This document shows, one piece after another, positions 1 through 12,390 of a stretch of 64,000 nt of DNA. The position numbers and the translations under genes were made by a program. Position 1 is the stretch's first letter. Every line of letters begins with the position of its first letter. Origin of the DNA: Octopus sinensis (taxonomy: Eukaryota); NCBI RefSeq assembly GCF_006345805.1, contig NC_043013.1:57722001-57786000 (forward strand), given 5' to 3'. The notes beneath the pieces are model-generated. The model had not been told where the DNA came from, did not search any database, and worked only from the letters and a program-made list of their open reading frames with translations.

Positions 1-504
1 CTCACATAACCGACTGGATGATCAACTCAAGTAAATAGTCTTGGAAAGCTACATTCACTGTATTTTCTTTTTAGTTGATATTCTATGAAATCTTTCAAGT
101 GTCCTAAACAACCAAATTAAGTTAGTTCTCCATTAATCTTGCTTAGTCACTTGTAATTTAATTACTTAGATTTTTTAACATAAAAGCATTTTGGATTAAT
201 TGATTGTGTTAACATTAAAGTCTCTAACAAAGCTAGCTGTACGTCGAGTGTAATTTCGATAGTTAACAAAACAATGTTTTTCAAAAATGAAAGCAAAATA
301 TATACAAGACTTAAAATAAAAAACTTTAGGAGAAAAATTGAGAAATGTTGGACAAATTTTATGTAAATATACTGTATTCTAATTAATTTAGTATAGCCTT
401 TGGGAAGCGTCTACTTTGTTAGTCGACCTGCTAGAAATAATAGCCAAATCCCTCTAATTTAAAGGTTTGAGAGCCAAATCTCACGTAACGAATAAATATA
501 CATT

Positions 505-535
<31 letters not shown>

Positions 536-2258
536 TATGTATATAGATAGATAGATAGATGTGTGTGCGGGTATATTAGATTTTTCTATGATTTAAACCA
601 CAATGCCTTATATAAAATGTGTAGCTGGCGGCAGGTAGTCTTGTTTGATAAATATTACCGTATTTTATTAACGATAGTAAAATGGACTTTAGTTTTATCA
701 CATTCAGAAGAAAAGTGTAATTTAAAGATATCTAATGTGGGGCCTTATTAATATGTGAAAAGAAAAAAAATCCATCTGGATGTTTAATAGCTGTTGGATT
801 GCTGTTGGATAATTTGGTCTCATGTAACACACCAAGAACATCTGAGTTTACTGGAGATAGTTAAACTTAAGTTATTGACAATGGTTGGAAATGCTACTTA
901 TGACGATTAACGGAGATGACACCCTGAAACTGAACTTGTATTACAGATTCGACTTGCTTTAGATACACAGTGTGTTTACATGTTTATGACACGGTGTTTA
1001 ATGGATATCAAATTGGCGATGCACATCACGTCGCAGCGTAACATTAACTGAAGATTTTATATGATTACTGCAGTGCTATATGTGTTTCCAGATTAAACTC
1101 TAAATATATAAAATATGGACTGAGGAACAAAGGGAAAATACTAATTTCATAAGTTTAACTCTTCGTTGATAAATTCCTTACCAAATACGTTATTTTCAGA
1201 ATCACATGCACACACATACACACAGACAACAGACCGACAGACAGATAAAAGCACACACACACCACATATACATTTATTTATCACTGCTTATACAGAGAAG
1301 GATTATGTCCCTGCATATAAAGAGTATGATAAACATAAGATGGAAGAATTCTCGTTGGAAGAGATATTGAAGTTCCAAAATTAATGGCCGGTTTGGTTTC
1401 ATATTTCAAATGAATGAAATTTTAGATGTTTTCAAAAGCTGACTCTAATTGGAGAGGAATGAAATTAAAATCTCTTTAAAACCGAATTTGTAAGTCTCAC
1501 CGAAAGCCCAATAGAATCGTTGCTTCTGCTTCGTACTTAATTTTTAAATTGAAATTCGTGATGATAGTTCTTAAAACAGTTTTGTTTAGTAAATTGAAAA
1601 TATCAAATTCCAAAGAAAATGAAATAAGCTATCAAATGAAATGATCTAGTCTTCAAGACTTCCGTCTTTATAAACAGTTCACAGTTTATACACTCGTGTT
1701 TTAATCGTATGTCTGGCGATTAAAATATAATTCTTAGACATTCCCCCTCTTGTTTATTTGTTATGTCTAGTGTAATATTTGAAATGTTTTTGTGAAGCCT
1801 TTCAATATTACTCACCAGATGATATTTTAAAATACGTCTGAATATCTTCAAGATTAACCTGCTACTGACTATATGTAATTAACATATTTACAATTTACGA
1901 TTTCAATCAAATGCAAACGCCTCTGTATAATGATGTCACTTAAAGAAGCTGGTGCTACTTTGACAAAAGCCCACCTATGTTTTTTGTTCCATTAACCAAT
2001 TAGATCTATACACAGGATTGTAAAAGTAGGTAGACAGTTATGAAGAAAGGAAACACGTACAATACTCATTTAGTTTTATCAAACAATTCAGTTAGCCGCA
2101 TTTTTTATGTTTTCTGTGCCATTAATCATAATACATTTATCATGAATTATATAATAATACTTTTATCGTGACTTATTGCTTTTTTCTTCGAAAATACATG
2201 AGTATAGTATGTATTTTCTTTTTCCATAACTGTATACTTACTTTTGCCACCGCTGAAT

Positions 2259-2291
<33 letters not shown>

Positions 2292-2433
2292 TATATATAA
2301 ATACAATAATTGTATTATTGTATTTCTATGTGGATAATATATAGTCTAATGACTAATTCGTTTCTGTGCTAGGCCACTGGTAATAATAATTTCTTATTAC
2401 CCCATTGTTATTTATTATGTTTAAATATATATA

Positions 2434-2473
<40 letters not shown>

Positions 2474-2682
2474 AGGAAAAATTTTTTTAAAAAAGCAGAA
2501 TGCTCAAATGAAAGAAAATTTTAATCAAATGAGAAAATGATAAAATATATAAATATATATTTATTCAACCGGTTTTCGTCATTGTATGACTTGTCAAGAA
2601 TATTTATGTTTTAAGAAGTTATTTTAAAAATTAGAAAGGGGAAAAAAAGAAAATTGCATTTATATATATATATATATAATAT

Positions 2683-2734
<52 letters not shown>

Positions 2735-3094
2735 CATAGATACAGTTTGCATACATGAGGCCGATAACATGATACAACTTCGAAGGTAGCTCTTTGAGTA
2801 GCATTCCTTGTCTTAAATATATGTTCAAAAATGTCGGGCAACTCTACCGCATTCTGCTTCATCTTAAATATTCTACTTATCTTTTCACATCTTAGTATTG
2901 TATCCTGGTGATGTGTTGATGATATTTGTTTTCTCGCTTTAAATGTTTATTTACAATAAAATGTGAAGATTAAAATCGAGAAAATAATGTTTATTCTTGT
3001 GAATGTTTTAAGAAATACTGCTTCAAACGAACAATATTATAATGAAATGATGAGGAAATTAAAAATATTCTTAAATGATGATACATCCTCGTCG

Positions 3095-3165
3095 ACTAGC
3101 TTTTAAGGGCGGTGCCACAGCATGGCCTCAGTCGGATGGCTGAAACAAGTAAAAGAGTAAAAGAG
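3095..3165 (+). mobile_element. 5'-truncated SINE/LINE tail (double hairpin plus GTAAAAGA repeats)
   Basis: GGCGGTGCCACAGCATGGCC-T-CAGTCGGATGGCTG-AAAC-AAGTAAAAGAGTAAAAGAG; the same module is at 16062 and 36207. Confidence 0.75.
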
Positions 3166-3185
3166 AAGGTGAAAGTAAAAATGCC

Positions 3186-3500
3186 AGGTCAGGTGTGTAT
3201 GTGTGTGTGTAGGTGGGGATAGGTACCACTGCAGAACGTTGTTGCATTCACCATTTGTCGGTATATCCCAGGGCCCTCCTGGGCAACCTTTCCAGCAGTG
3301 TTCCAGTCAGTCACCATCTCTGCGAGGGGCCTCCTTAATTTCCATGACCATATGTCATGTGATGGACCTACATGAGCAGTCAACCCAGCTGGATCCTCAG
3401 TGAAAAGAACACTGTAAGCAGGGTATAACTCGGAAAATCGAGCCACATGGCCAAATAGTATGAGCTGTTACTTGTACGATTCGTGGGTGCCAACCGAGAC
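3186..3500 (-). mobile_element. RTE-clade LINE 3' fragment
   Basis: Minus strand encodes QLILFGHVARFSELYPAYSVLFTEDPAG, matching the RTE ORF2 C-terminal QLRLFGHVAR motif, followed by a CA/CCTGA-type tail. Confidence 0.6.
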
Positions 3501-4034
3501 TGTATAAATATCAACACGTTTTTATAAGAAACTTATGAGAGTTAATGATTTATGGCCAGATTGCCTACCATGTTTCAAGCTTGTTGGGTTACAATTTAAC
3601 ATCAAAACGTATTTTCAATCCATAATCCGAAGATAGCACTTAATGATGATAGTTTTGAATGAAATAGGAATGTAGCTGAAATGGGTAAAAATTCAATAAA
3701 AGTAAAAATGAGTTGATTCTGGGTTTAAACGGAAATTTTATGTTCAAACCACACGCCATCTTACCATGTTACCTAACATATCATGGAAGTTTTTTTTTTT
3801 GTTTTTTACATAAGGATTGATTTTATATTAGCAATTTAGAGAAGATAAAACCTACGAAAGTGAAATGATTTTTAGATTTAAAGAACGTTATTTAATGTTT
3901 GATTTAGATTACACAGTAGGCATTTGTCTCTAAAATGAATATATTCAAAGAACATGATGGTGAGCATAATTATAACTAATGTGTTAGTTATTTGTGCCTC
4001 TATGAACCGACATAAATCCAAAGAGCTTTTTCAG

Positions 4035-4142
4035 AGCCATAAAAGAGAAATTGATTGGTGCTGTGCCAAAAGCGCAATGGATGTATAAATGGAGTGATGT
4101 TGAAAGCTTAATATTAGCTGATATGTTGATAGATATGATACG
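4035..4142 (+). CDS. Candidate internal exon of an unidentified gene (AIKEKLIGAVPKAQWMYKWSDVESLILADMLIDMIR)
   Basis: ttttcAG acceptor, GTAAAA donor, 108 nt, phase 2 at both ends, open frame. No homology recognised. Confidence 0.3.
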
Positions 4143-5180
4143 GTAAAAATAACATAGAGTGTACTTGATTAATATATAAAAGCTATTCAAACTGTTGTAG
4201 TTTGCTTGAAATAGAAATTTATACAAACCAAGTAATAGAATTAATATCGATGCTAGTGTGTGTTAGATTACTGAATGTATATTAGCACAACGAAATGTTT
4301 CATTGCTCGGATCTTCTAACACATCAAGCATTATCGTATAATGCGGCCGTAACATATATGGGAATGTCTATGGGCTGACACAGTTTCTGTAATAAGACAG
4401 ACAAATCGAAATTGTATTTGTTTTTATTTCCTAAGAGAAGATAATTTTCAATCAAGCACATTGAAAAATTATTACAATATTTGCTAATTAAAGGGTCTTC
4501 AGAAATCGGAATAAAATAGACATATACAAAAACAAAATCAACCTGGATTTTGTTGGTGCTCAGTCGCATGTTTGTAGGGATTGAGAAACGTTTGTCAATG
4601 AAAAACCAAATAACAAAAACATGTCTCACCAAGCTTCACATGAAAAAAAGAAACTAGATCTGAGGAAACATTTAATGCTTCTTTAATTTTTAAATTTAGT
4701 TTATTGTTGTTCAACAACAAAGCTGTTCAAAGTTTATCCATCTATATCAATCGTATTTTTTTGTATGTCAAGTATTTTGTCCAAGGAAAGTTTGCTATTT
4801 TAATGACAGCAACTTACAATTTTGCTACAGTTGTGACATGGAACAACTCCGGCTCAGTGCTGCGCTGTATGTAGAAATTTTATAAATTACCAAACGAGTA
4901 ACTGAATAGATTTTTACTGATGAACAACACACGATCTCATTGACGGTTCTGCCACTTTCTGTTAATTGAACGCAATTTACAAAAGTCAGCAAATTACTGG
5001 AAAAGAAATCGCTTCTCCTATGAATCTTCCAATATTTACTAGAATTCGCTTCGATAAGTCATACATTCTACATCTGTCTCAAGGCAAACTAAACTTTAAA
5101 GAAAGTCATTCAAAGGAAACAAAAATTTGCGACGTCAGGATGAAGCGACGTCTAAAATTAATTTCAAGCAGAATTCTTCG

Positions 5181-5237
5181 ATGGAGAAGAAAAGTGTATC
5201 GATTGTCCATATCCTCATCTGCATTCTCTTCATTTCA
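5181..5237 (+). CDS. Candidate first coding exon with signal-peptide/anchor character (MEKKSVSIVHILICILFIS)
   Basis: ATG, basic N-terminus, hydrophobic run, GTAATT donor. No compatible next exon was established. Confidence 0.25.
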
Positions 5238-5339
5238 GTAATTATTTGTATTATTTTTGGCCATCACTAAATTTCACAGATTCTACTGTATAGTTAAAAA
5301 TGAATTAGATATATCGTTTAATATATGCACTGATTGGTG

Positions 5340-5400
5340 GAGGCCCGTAGCTTAGTGGTTAAGGTGCTGCACGCATGATCGTAACATTATGGGGTTGGGA
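5340..5400 (+). mobile_element. tRNA-derived SINE head fragment
   Basis: GTAGCTTAGTGGTTAAGGTGCTGCAC is A-box like; a similar head is at 21064. Confidence 0.55.
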
Positions 5401-8400
5401 ATATTTTTGCCGCCTGTCTATGACTATGAAGCTCGGGTATTTTAACAACCGACGCTTTGAGAGTACCCATCCAACGCGTCGTATCGCTACCGACCTGAGA
5501 ACTACCAAAGCACATACATTGCTTTTGTTAACTGATAAGAGATAAATGTAAAATTGTGTTATAACTTAATCCCAAATTTTATTAGCAAAATTTTCTCATG
5601 ATTTCACTTTTTAAAAGTTTTGTATGAACAAATTAAATAAACATTGTGTAGCTTTATCAATTTTTCTCGTGATTTAAAGCGAGTTGGAAGAGAGCAGCGT
5701 CCCACTCCTACCTCAGTATTTCATGGGTTGTTGGTCGGGTGAAATGAAGTTAACGTCCGGTTCCCATTTAGAACAACGATATATACACAGCTGTAGTTAT
5801 CAGATGGTATTGATGATGAACAAAGCCGCACATTAAGGCAATAAAAAAGCGTTTTGATGTGATTCTGTTTATCGAATTCCTCACAGAAGTATTAACACTA
5901 TCAGCGGCTCTGATAGGAACTCCAAATGCAAGGTGCTATGCAATAGAAAGGCACCTCAAATGGCAGTTACTAATGTATTTTTGCAAGCTAATACTTGGCC
6001 ACATTCGAAAAACTTACTATCACTGCAGATTGATACAAAGAAAAGAAAGTTTTATTACAGAAAATTCCTAAATTAAGAATACTGATTCGGTATTAGCGTA
6101 ACATCATGTAAAGTGTGATTATATTATGCACTGTTAATGATCGTTATGTTCAGGTCACTTTATTAAAACATTCAAGTATTCCACGGATTTGACCCGTATT
6201 GCCATTGGTATAGAAGTGTGGTTTTGTTACCGTGTAGCTCTGGATTCAATTTCTCCCTTTCGGAAACCGAAAAGTCTATGAAGCCTAAGATTAAGGTTTC
6301 CATTCCCATACATCTACAGAAAGCGAGACTGTGGATCGTAGAGTGATTTGCAATAAGAATGACTGCTTCGTAAATAAATGTGGCACAAATTTCTGTAGGA
6401 CGCGCCAGCAACTGTGGCACCAAAAGACCTTTGTGATGTTATAAATGAGGATTTCTGTTTAAGGAAAATGTTTCAGAAGCTTGGTTTGGGGGTGACAGTC
6501 AGTTTAATCGATTTAATTCAGATTGACCTTGGTGGGGTTTGAACTCTGAGTATTTTCGCAATTCTCCCAAATCTATACCATTTATATGCTATTAATTATA
6601 AGAGCAATATTTATTAATGACTATTTGCATTATCTTTAAATACGATTTCAAATATCATTAGCCAGAGTTTCAGATAAATATTTCCAACAATTCTGTGGCA
6701 AATACCGATAGGCAAAACTCATTTCTCAACAGCTTCATCTGTTACGGCATGATATATTTACAATTTATATATGTGATATTGTAAACGATATATCTTTCCT
6801 GGTATAAGGTACTTGATATTATTCAGCATAGATTCTTGTAATGAGTGAAAATTATGGACGCTTTGTGAGTTTGCTCCATCTAAATTAGCTTATCTACAAA
6901 CATAGAGAAGGAACTATGAAATGTAATTTCAGATTTACACAGATTCCAAGTTTGCAACTGTTAATTAACAATATTCCACGGAAAGTAACTGTGTTTAGAG
7001 AAGTGAAAAGTGCAACATCTAATTTAAGCCTAGAGTGATGTATTTCAAGTGATAAAACAAGTTGTGCAACAAATTATACAACTAATATAGATTCTCGGTA
7101 ATATATCTAACATTTTCTCGCCAGTAGAGAAAATAAATTAAAAAACTGATTATACACCACATTTCCCTGATCCATTATTTTTATATAAGAAACAAAAGAC
7201 ATTTGAAAAGAAATGAGTTTTTTTTCTTGTTTAGTTAATTGTAATGTTTAAGTGAAACTGATTGCGATTATTTTTTAAACACTTTTCCAGTCTGTAGTTT
7301 CCAACTAAAACATAAATGGCAGGCTTGAAACATTAATGTAAACAATTGACCTTCTAATGAGTTTTATTCCTTTGTTTTGGTGATTTAAAGATGTTGATCT
7401 AAATTTCCAGGAAAGCTTATCATCGGTTGATATTTCACAATTTGATTTCAATTTCCAACCGTTCGAATAAAGCCGAAGCTATTTCTCAGTAGATTACACA
7501 CTTTTGACCTAAAGTATACAAGTTCATAATGGCTGAACATTTGATAATGAAGTTTTGTTCGATTTTATTGTAATTTATACTCTTTATTATTTTTTTTAAT
7601 GAAATATTTGACATTCTTATTTTGGTACCTGAAGGAATTATTATGTACACACAAATGCAAGCACATACATACACACACATACATAAACATATGTGTAGGC
7701 TTCTGTGTGCGTGCGTGGGTTACGTTAAACATTCGATACTTTTCGAGGTGAATCTTCTTTATGAAATACTTTTATATTTACTTGTTTTTCCTTTATTTTT
7801 TCTTTTGAGCAATATGACACAGCAGATCGAAAACCTCGGTATGCTGTGCCATGACAAGTGAGCTGGAATGAATTGTAATTATCGGGCAAACACCAAAATT
7901 GTATTGAAATTCAGTCATGCCGGTGATGGTAGTGTTGATAGTGCGTGTGTTTGAGGTGGTAGAAGTTGTGACGTTGTTATTGTTCTCGGTGGTTGTGGTG
8001 GTGGCAGCGGCGGCAGTTTAAAGCGGTGGTGGGGAAAGCTGGTGACTGTAGTAATGGTAGCCGTGTACATGATGTTCGTATTGTTAGTGATTTTAGTTAT
8101 ATAATAATTAAAAGGGCTTTAAAAATATTTGCAGCAGCACTAAAAGGGACATAGGTGTCGCACGACTATCAGTTTACCAACGAGTGTATACTATGTGCGA
8201 GTGGCATACTGACAATGAGTGTATAACATTTGTGGGTATATTCTTAAATGTATCTCTCAATCTATCAGCGGGCGTGTGTTATTTATGAGTGAAGCGGTGC
8301 ATGTTGATAGTAAATCTGATAATTGCAAGTCATTTCTGTGACAATTCCACCGTTGCAATTTATTCATTAGTTTGGAACATTGAGATCTCAACATAAATAC

Positions 8401-9466
8401 TCTTGGACAACTACAGAAGCCCTAAACTCCGATGTCGTGACAATCCCCATGTGAAGCACTCTTCTGGAATTAAAGAGATATACATGATTCCATTTGAGAC
8501 ACAAACACTCCAAATTATATTGAGCAATAATTTATGAATTACCATAGTAAGGACTCCATGTTTATTCTAAATACCACCAGTAAACTTCATCACCTCCCAC
8601 CATCTTAACCAAATTTGGCATCGTACATAGTCAAAAGTCTTTAAAAACTGAAAGATATTCCTATGGTGATTTTTCCATTGATATTTATACAATGTTGTAT
8701 TTAGAGCATTACATGTTAGCACAGCCCAGAGTGAATGAACCTAAAACGAAATTGCTCTGTCCGTAACTATAGGGACTGTTTTCAAAACCTTTTCATCATG
8801 GACATTTAACTGCAATTTCCAGCAGATCAATTATCCAACGAGGGCTTGCATACAGTTTATACATTTAAGGTGCGTATAAAACTATTCAAGTACTATCACA
8901 GTATACAATCGTGGATATTAAGAAACTTACTGGTTAAATAAATCCTTTTCATATTTATCAATCATCTAAACTTACTGAAATTTTGAAAATATAGAATATT
9001 GCTACAGTAGTTTATATTCTTGGAATGTAAAAGTAGAACTTATAAATTGTTTGTTTAGATAAGTGCATTTGTCGCTTCGAGTGATTGTCGATAATTTTGC
9101 GTAAGATATCAAGAATAAGGAATGTTCAATAGTTTCATAATTGCTTCAACGAAACACTCAATCGAAAGAAAATTATTCCACGGTGATATAAACGGCATAA
9201 AAAATATATTTGCTATATAGTCAGGTTAGATCGTTCTGATAGTGGTACCGTATATCACGGTAGAAGTTCTCATATAGACATATGGTCGGCGGCTAATGTA
9301 CACCATTCGCCCAATCAATTTACTTGGAAAGAACGGCATCTGTTTACTTGGCTTGATTACAATAAACGCATAAAGGGATGGAAGAGTTTCTTCAGGAGAA
9401 ATCAATAATTAGTCCTGGCTGTAGGGCAGGCGGATTCTGGCCAGTGATTTGCCTTTTAAAACATAC

Positions 9467-9596
9467 TTTGCTAAAGACTTGCGTTTCTTGAGGTATGTCT
9501 TGGACAAAGTATTTTGCAAGCATCCTTTGCGTTACACAAACATCGTACACTGTTCCACAAGGCGGAATTTCCTTATCCGAAACATTGTAATTAACT
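9467..9596 (-). CDS. Candidate internal exon (VNYNVSDKEIPPCGTVYDVCVTQRMLAKYFVQDIPQETQVFSK)
   Basis: ttccacAG acceptor, AAA|GTATGT donor, only one of three frames open over 130 nt. No homology recognised. Confidence 0.3.
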
Positions 9597-10053
9597 CTGT
9601 GGAACTAATATTATATACGACGTACCTTCATGTTACAGTGGGACTTTTAGAAACCTAAAACTACCGCCATGTGAGAAATGCGCGTGCATTTAAATATTTT
9701 TCCGGGCATATTATTTACAATTAGAACAACTTTCTCCCTCCGCCGATTATCATTGGAATCCTTTCTATTATACTTCATCTTATTTTCTTTACAACACACA
9801 GGTTACTGTCAAACATAGAATATTTATTTATGGAGTAGTGTTTTCATAATCTTAGCTGCATTTTGCTCCAAATCAAAACGTTGAAAATTTCGGTACAAAT
9901 ACTAAACAGTTCCACCTTATATCGTTGTCTTAAGATGTTATTTTAGGGATATTTTCTAAGATAGAAATAATATCACATTAGTGTCAGGAGTCATATATTG
10001 TATTTAAAGATATATATGCGTGTGCGTGTGTGTGCGTGTGTACATATATATAA

Positions 10054-10345
10054 CTGTGTGGTAACAGATTTGCTTCCATGGTTCCACTACACGGCACCTT
10101 GAGCAGATGTCTTTTGCTACAGTCCTGGGCCGATCAAAGTCTGAGTGGATTTGGTAGACGGAAACTAATAATCCCATCGTATGTCTGTGATCTCCTATTA
10201 CCGCATGAAAACCGATGTTGACGTGTTTACGTCCACAGTAACTTAGAGATTCGGCAGAGAGACCAATAAATTAACTATAAAGTTTTATTAAAATAAGTAC
10301 TTAAGTTCGATTATTTTGACGACAAATTTTAAAGATGGTGCCTGT
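10054..10345 (+). mobile_element. Degenerate OK-type tRNA SINE
   Basis: Aligns by eye to the SINE at 10541/15795 and to 27543-27802 (shared GAGTGGATTTGGTAGACGGAAACT core). Confidence 0.75.
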
Positions 10346-10540
10346 GCACCACTTTAGATATAAAATAAAAGGTAAACATACATTAACTTTCAAGCTGTAA
10401 CTCTCTTGTGTGAATATAAATACAAAATTAATTTAATAAAGTTGTTGCGAATGCGAGTGAATGGTAGTTATTAATCATGGTACAAGTTTTGAAATGTTTG
10501 AATAGTTTTAACTCCTCTGATACACACTTATATATGTTTT

Positions 10541-10580
10541 AGTGGCAGGAGTGGCTGTGTGGTAAGTAGCTTTGCTAACC
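10541..10580 (+). mobile_element. OK-type SINE 5' part (A box), split by the Tx1 insertion
   Basis: GGCAGGAGTGGCTGTGTGGTAAGTAGC..., continuing at 15795 after a target-site duplication. Confidence 0.85.
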
Positions 10581-10969
10581 TCACTGACTGAAGAGTGACT
10601 TTGCCTACCGTACTACGGTTTGGACGCGTTTTCTTCCCGGTAAGAGTTTTGCTGTGTTGTTAATTGTTGAATTTCTACTACTGAAAATTTGTCTTTAAAC
10701 GTTGCTGAACTGTCTTGTTCTCCGGTTTTGCCGGGGAATAATTGGATAATTTCTTACCGTTGAACTGTTAGCCATTGTGGCTTTTTATTTACGTGACTAT
10801 ATATAGTCCTGCCAGACTATTTTCGTGCCCCTCCCCCGAATGGGGGTGGGAATTGGAATTTTTGAACTGCTTTTTTGAACTACTTTGGAAGAAAAACTTT
10901 CTATAGGTTTCCCAGTTTTGTGGGAAACCAATACTCGTAATTTTTGTGTTGTCTAATTTCAACAGAATA

Positions 10970-12373
10970 ATGTCTGTTGAAATTATTCACGAAAGTAGTG
11001 CTCTTGAGGAGAGCAATGTTAAAAAATTTTCTGCGGTAGCCGCAGTGGCTACCGAGAATATTGACATCGATGTCAACCAGCTCGTCGAGCTATTTAAAAG
11101 AATGCAAGAGGAGGGTGGTGATGTTAAAATATCACCCTCCGCCAGTATCGTATAGACCGAGAAGCGGACCGTAGTGTTTAAAACTTTCTGTTCACAAAGC
11201 AGAAGGTTCAAACACTTTGAAAAAAGCACCATCGAGAAATGCCTGTCCACGATTTGGAAGGACATCGTGTACGTCGCCAGGGGACGGGCATATGGCACTG
11301 TGGATGTCCGCTTCTCGGGGGAAGAAATGGCCCGCGGGCATTCTGTGAACCCCCTAAAAACCAAGGAGGTGGTACTTTTTCCAAGCTATAGGGGACGCAG
11401 GACGTCCCGGGTCAGGATTGTAGAAGCCCCGCCGGAAGTAGATCCGGTTGAGGTAGTGGCCGCCCTGTTATATAAAAGGGCGGACAAAATAAAAATACTA
11501 GAAGTAACATGCTCTACCCCTCGATTTTGGCTCGGGCGTAACATTAATATATTAATTCAAGGAACAGCGGAGGACCTGCAGCTCCTTCCTGAGAGGGTGC
11601 TCGTGGGCGAGAACGTAGCCCTCAGGGTACAGGTCGAAGGCCGAAAACCCACCTGTTACGCCTGCGGCAAAAAGGGCCACATTCGTGTAGACTGTCCAGA
11701 CAAGCAAAAGAAACCGCAGACACCAGGCCCCTCAGATAATAAAAAAGTCCCTACCCTTGCAAACACACCTACCCCTGCAAAAACAAAAAATCCCACTCCT
11801 GCTGTTACGGTGCCAACCCCAAAACAGACTGAAGAAAAAACCCAGCCCTCGCACTCACAAACCCCTACACTATTAAAACCTCCCACCCCCCTAAAAACTG
11901 CGGCGCCTACCGAACAAACTATTGCTACCCCAGACGATACCATGGAGGTATCAGAGGGGGGATTTACACCAGTTCGTAAAAGAATTCGTGCAGCATCCCC
12001 GTCCACATCCCCTACAAAAAATAATAAAAACAAAGACACACCACAGACACGGAAAAAAAAATCCCGCTCAACTGGCCCAGAAAAAGAAGACAAAAAAGAA
12101 AATGAACTCATATTAATTGAATTCGACACACAAGACAAATACATAAACGATATTGTGGTTCAGCATCAGTCAGCAAGACTGTACAACAAATACAAAGATC
12201 GAAATAGACACGCGTGGATTGCGGAAACAACGTTCAAACAATTAAAAGACAGACACCCAAACGCCATCCGGCATGTCGCGAGCTTGCCGGACTATCTGAA
12301 GAAAGAGGAGAAAGAAGGGGCCCACAAACGTGTGGTGAGGTCGGCCCCCACCTCTCCAACGAAATGTAAGTAG
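10970..12373 (+). pseudogene. Tx1-type ORF1 (gag-like, CX2CX4HX4C zinc knuckle) with one premature stop
   Basis: ATG at 10970 is in frame with ORF 11174-12373; in-frame TAG at 11153-11155; CYACGKKGHIRVDC; P/T/K-rich C-terminus. Confidence 0.85.
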
Positions 12374-12390
12374 AACTTTTACTTTTTGTA

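Noticed and set aside
1296-1384. Possible terminal exon EKDYVPAYKEYDKHKMEEFSLEEILKFQN*
   Set aside because: Plausible acceptor but no recognisable homology and no upstream partner in the window.
4324-4632. IPISEDPLISKYC resembling the TM2-TM3 linker of nicotinic/chemotactile receptors
   Set aside because: No Cys-loop or ligand-binding domain, no convincing TM1-TM4 pattern, and the ORF is short.
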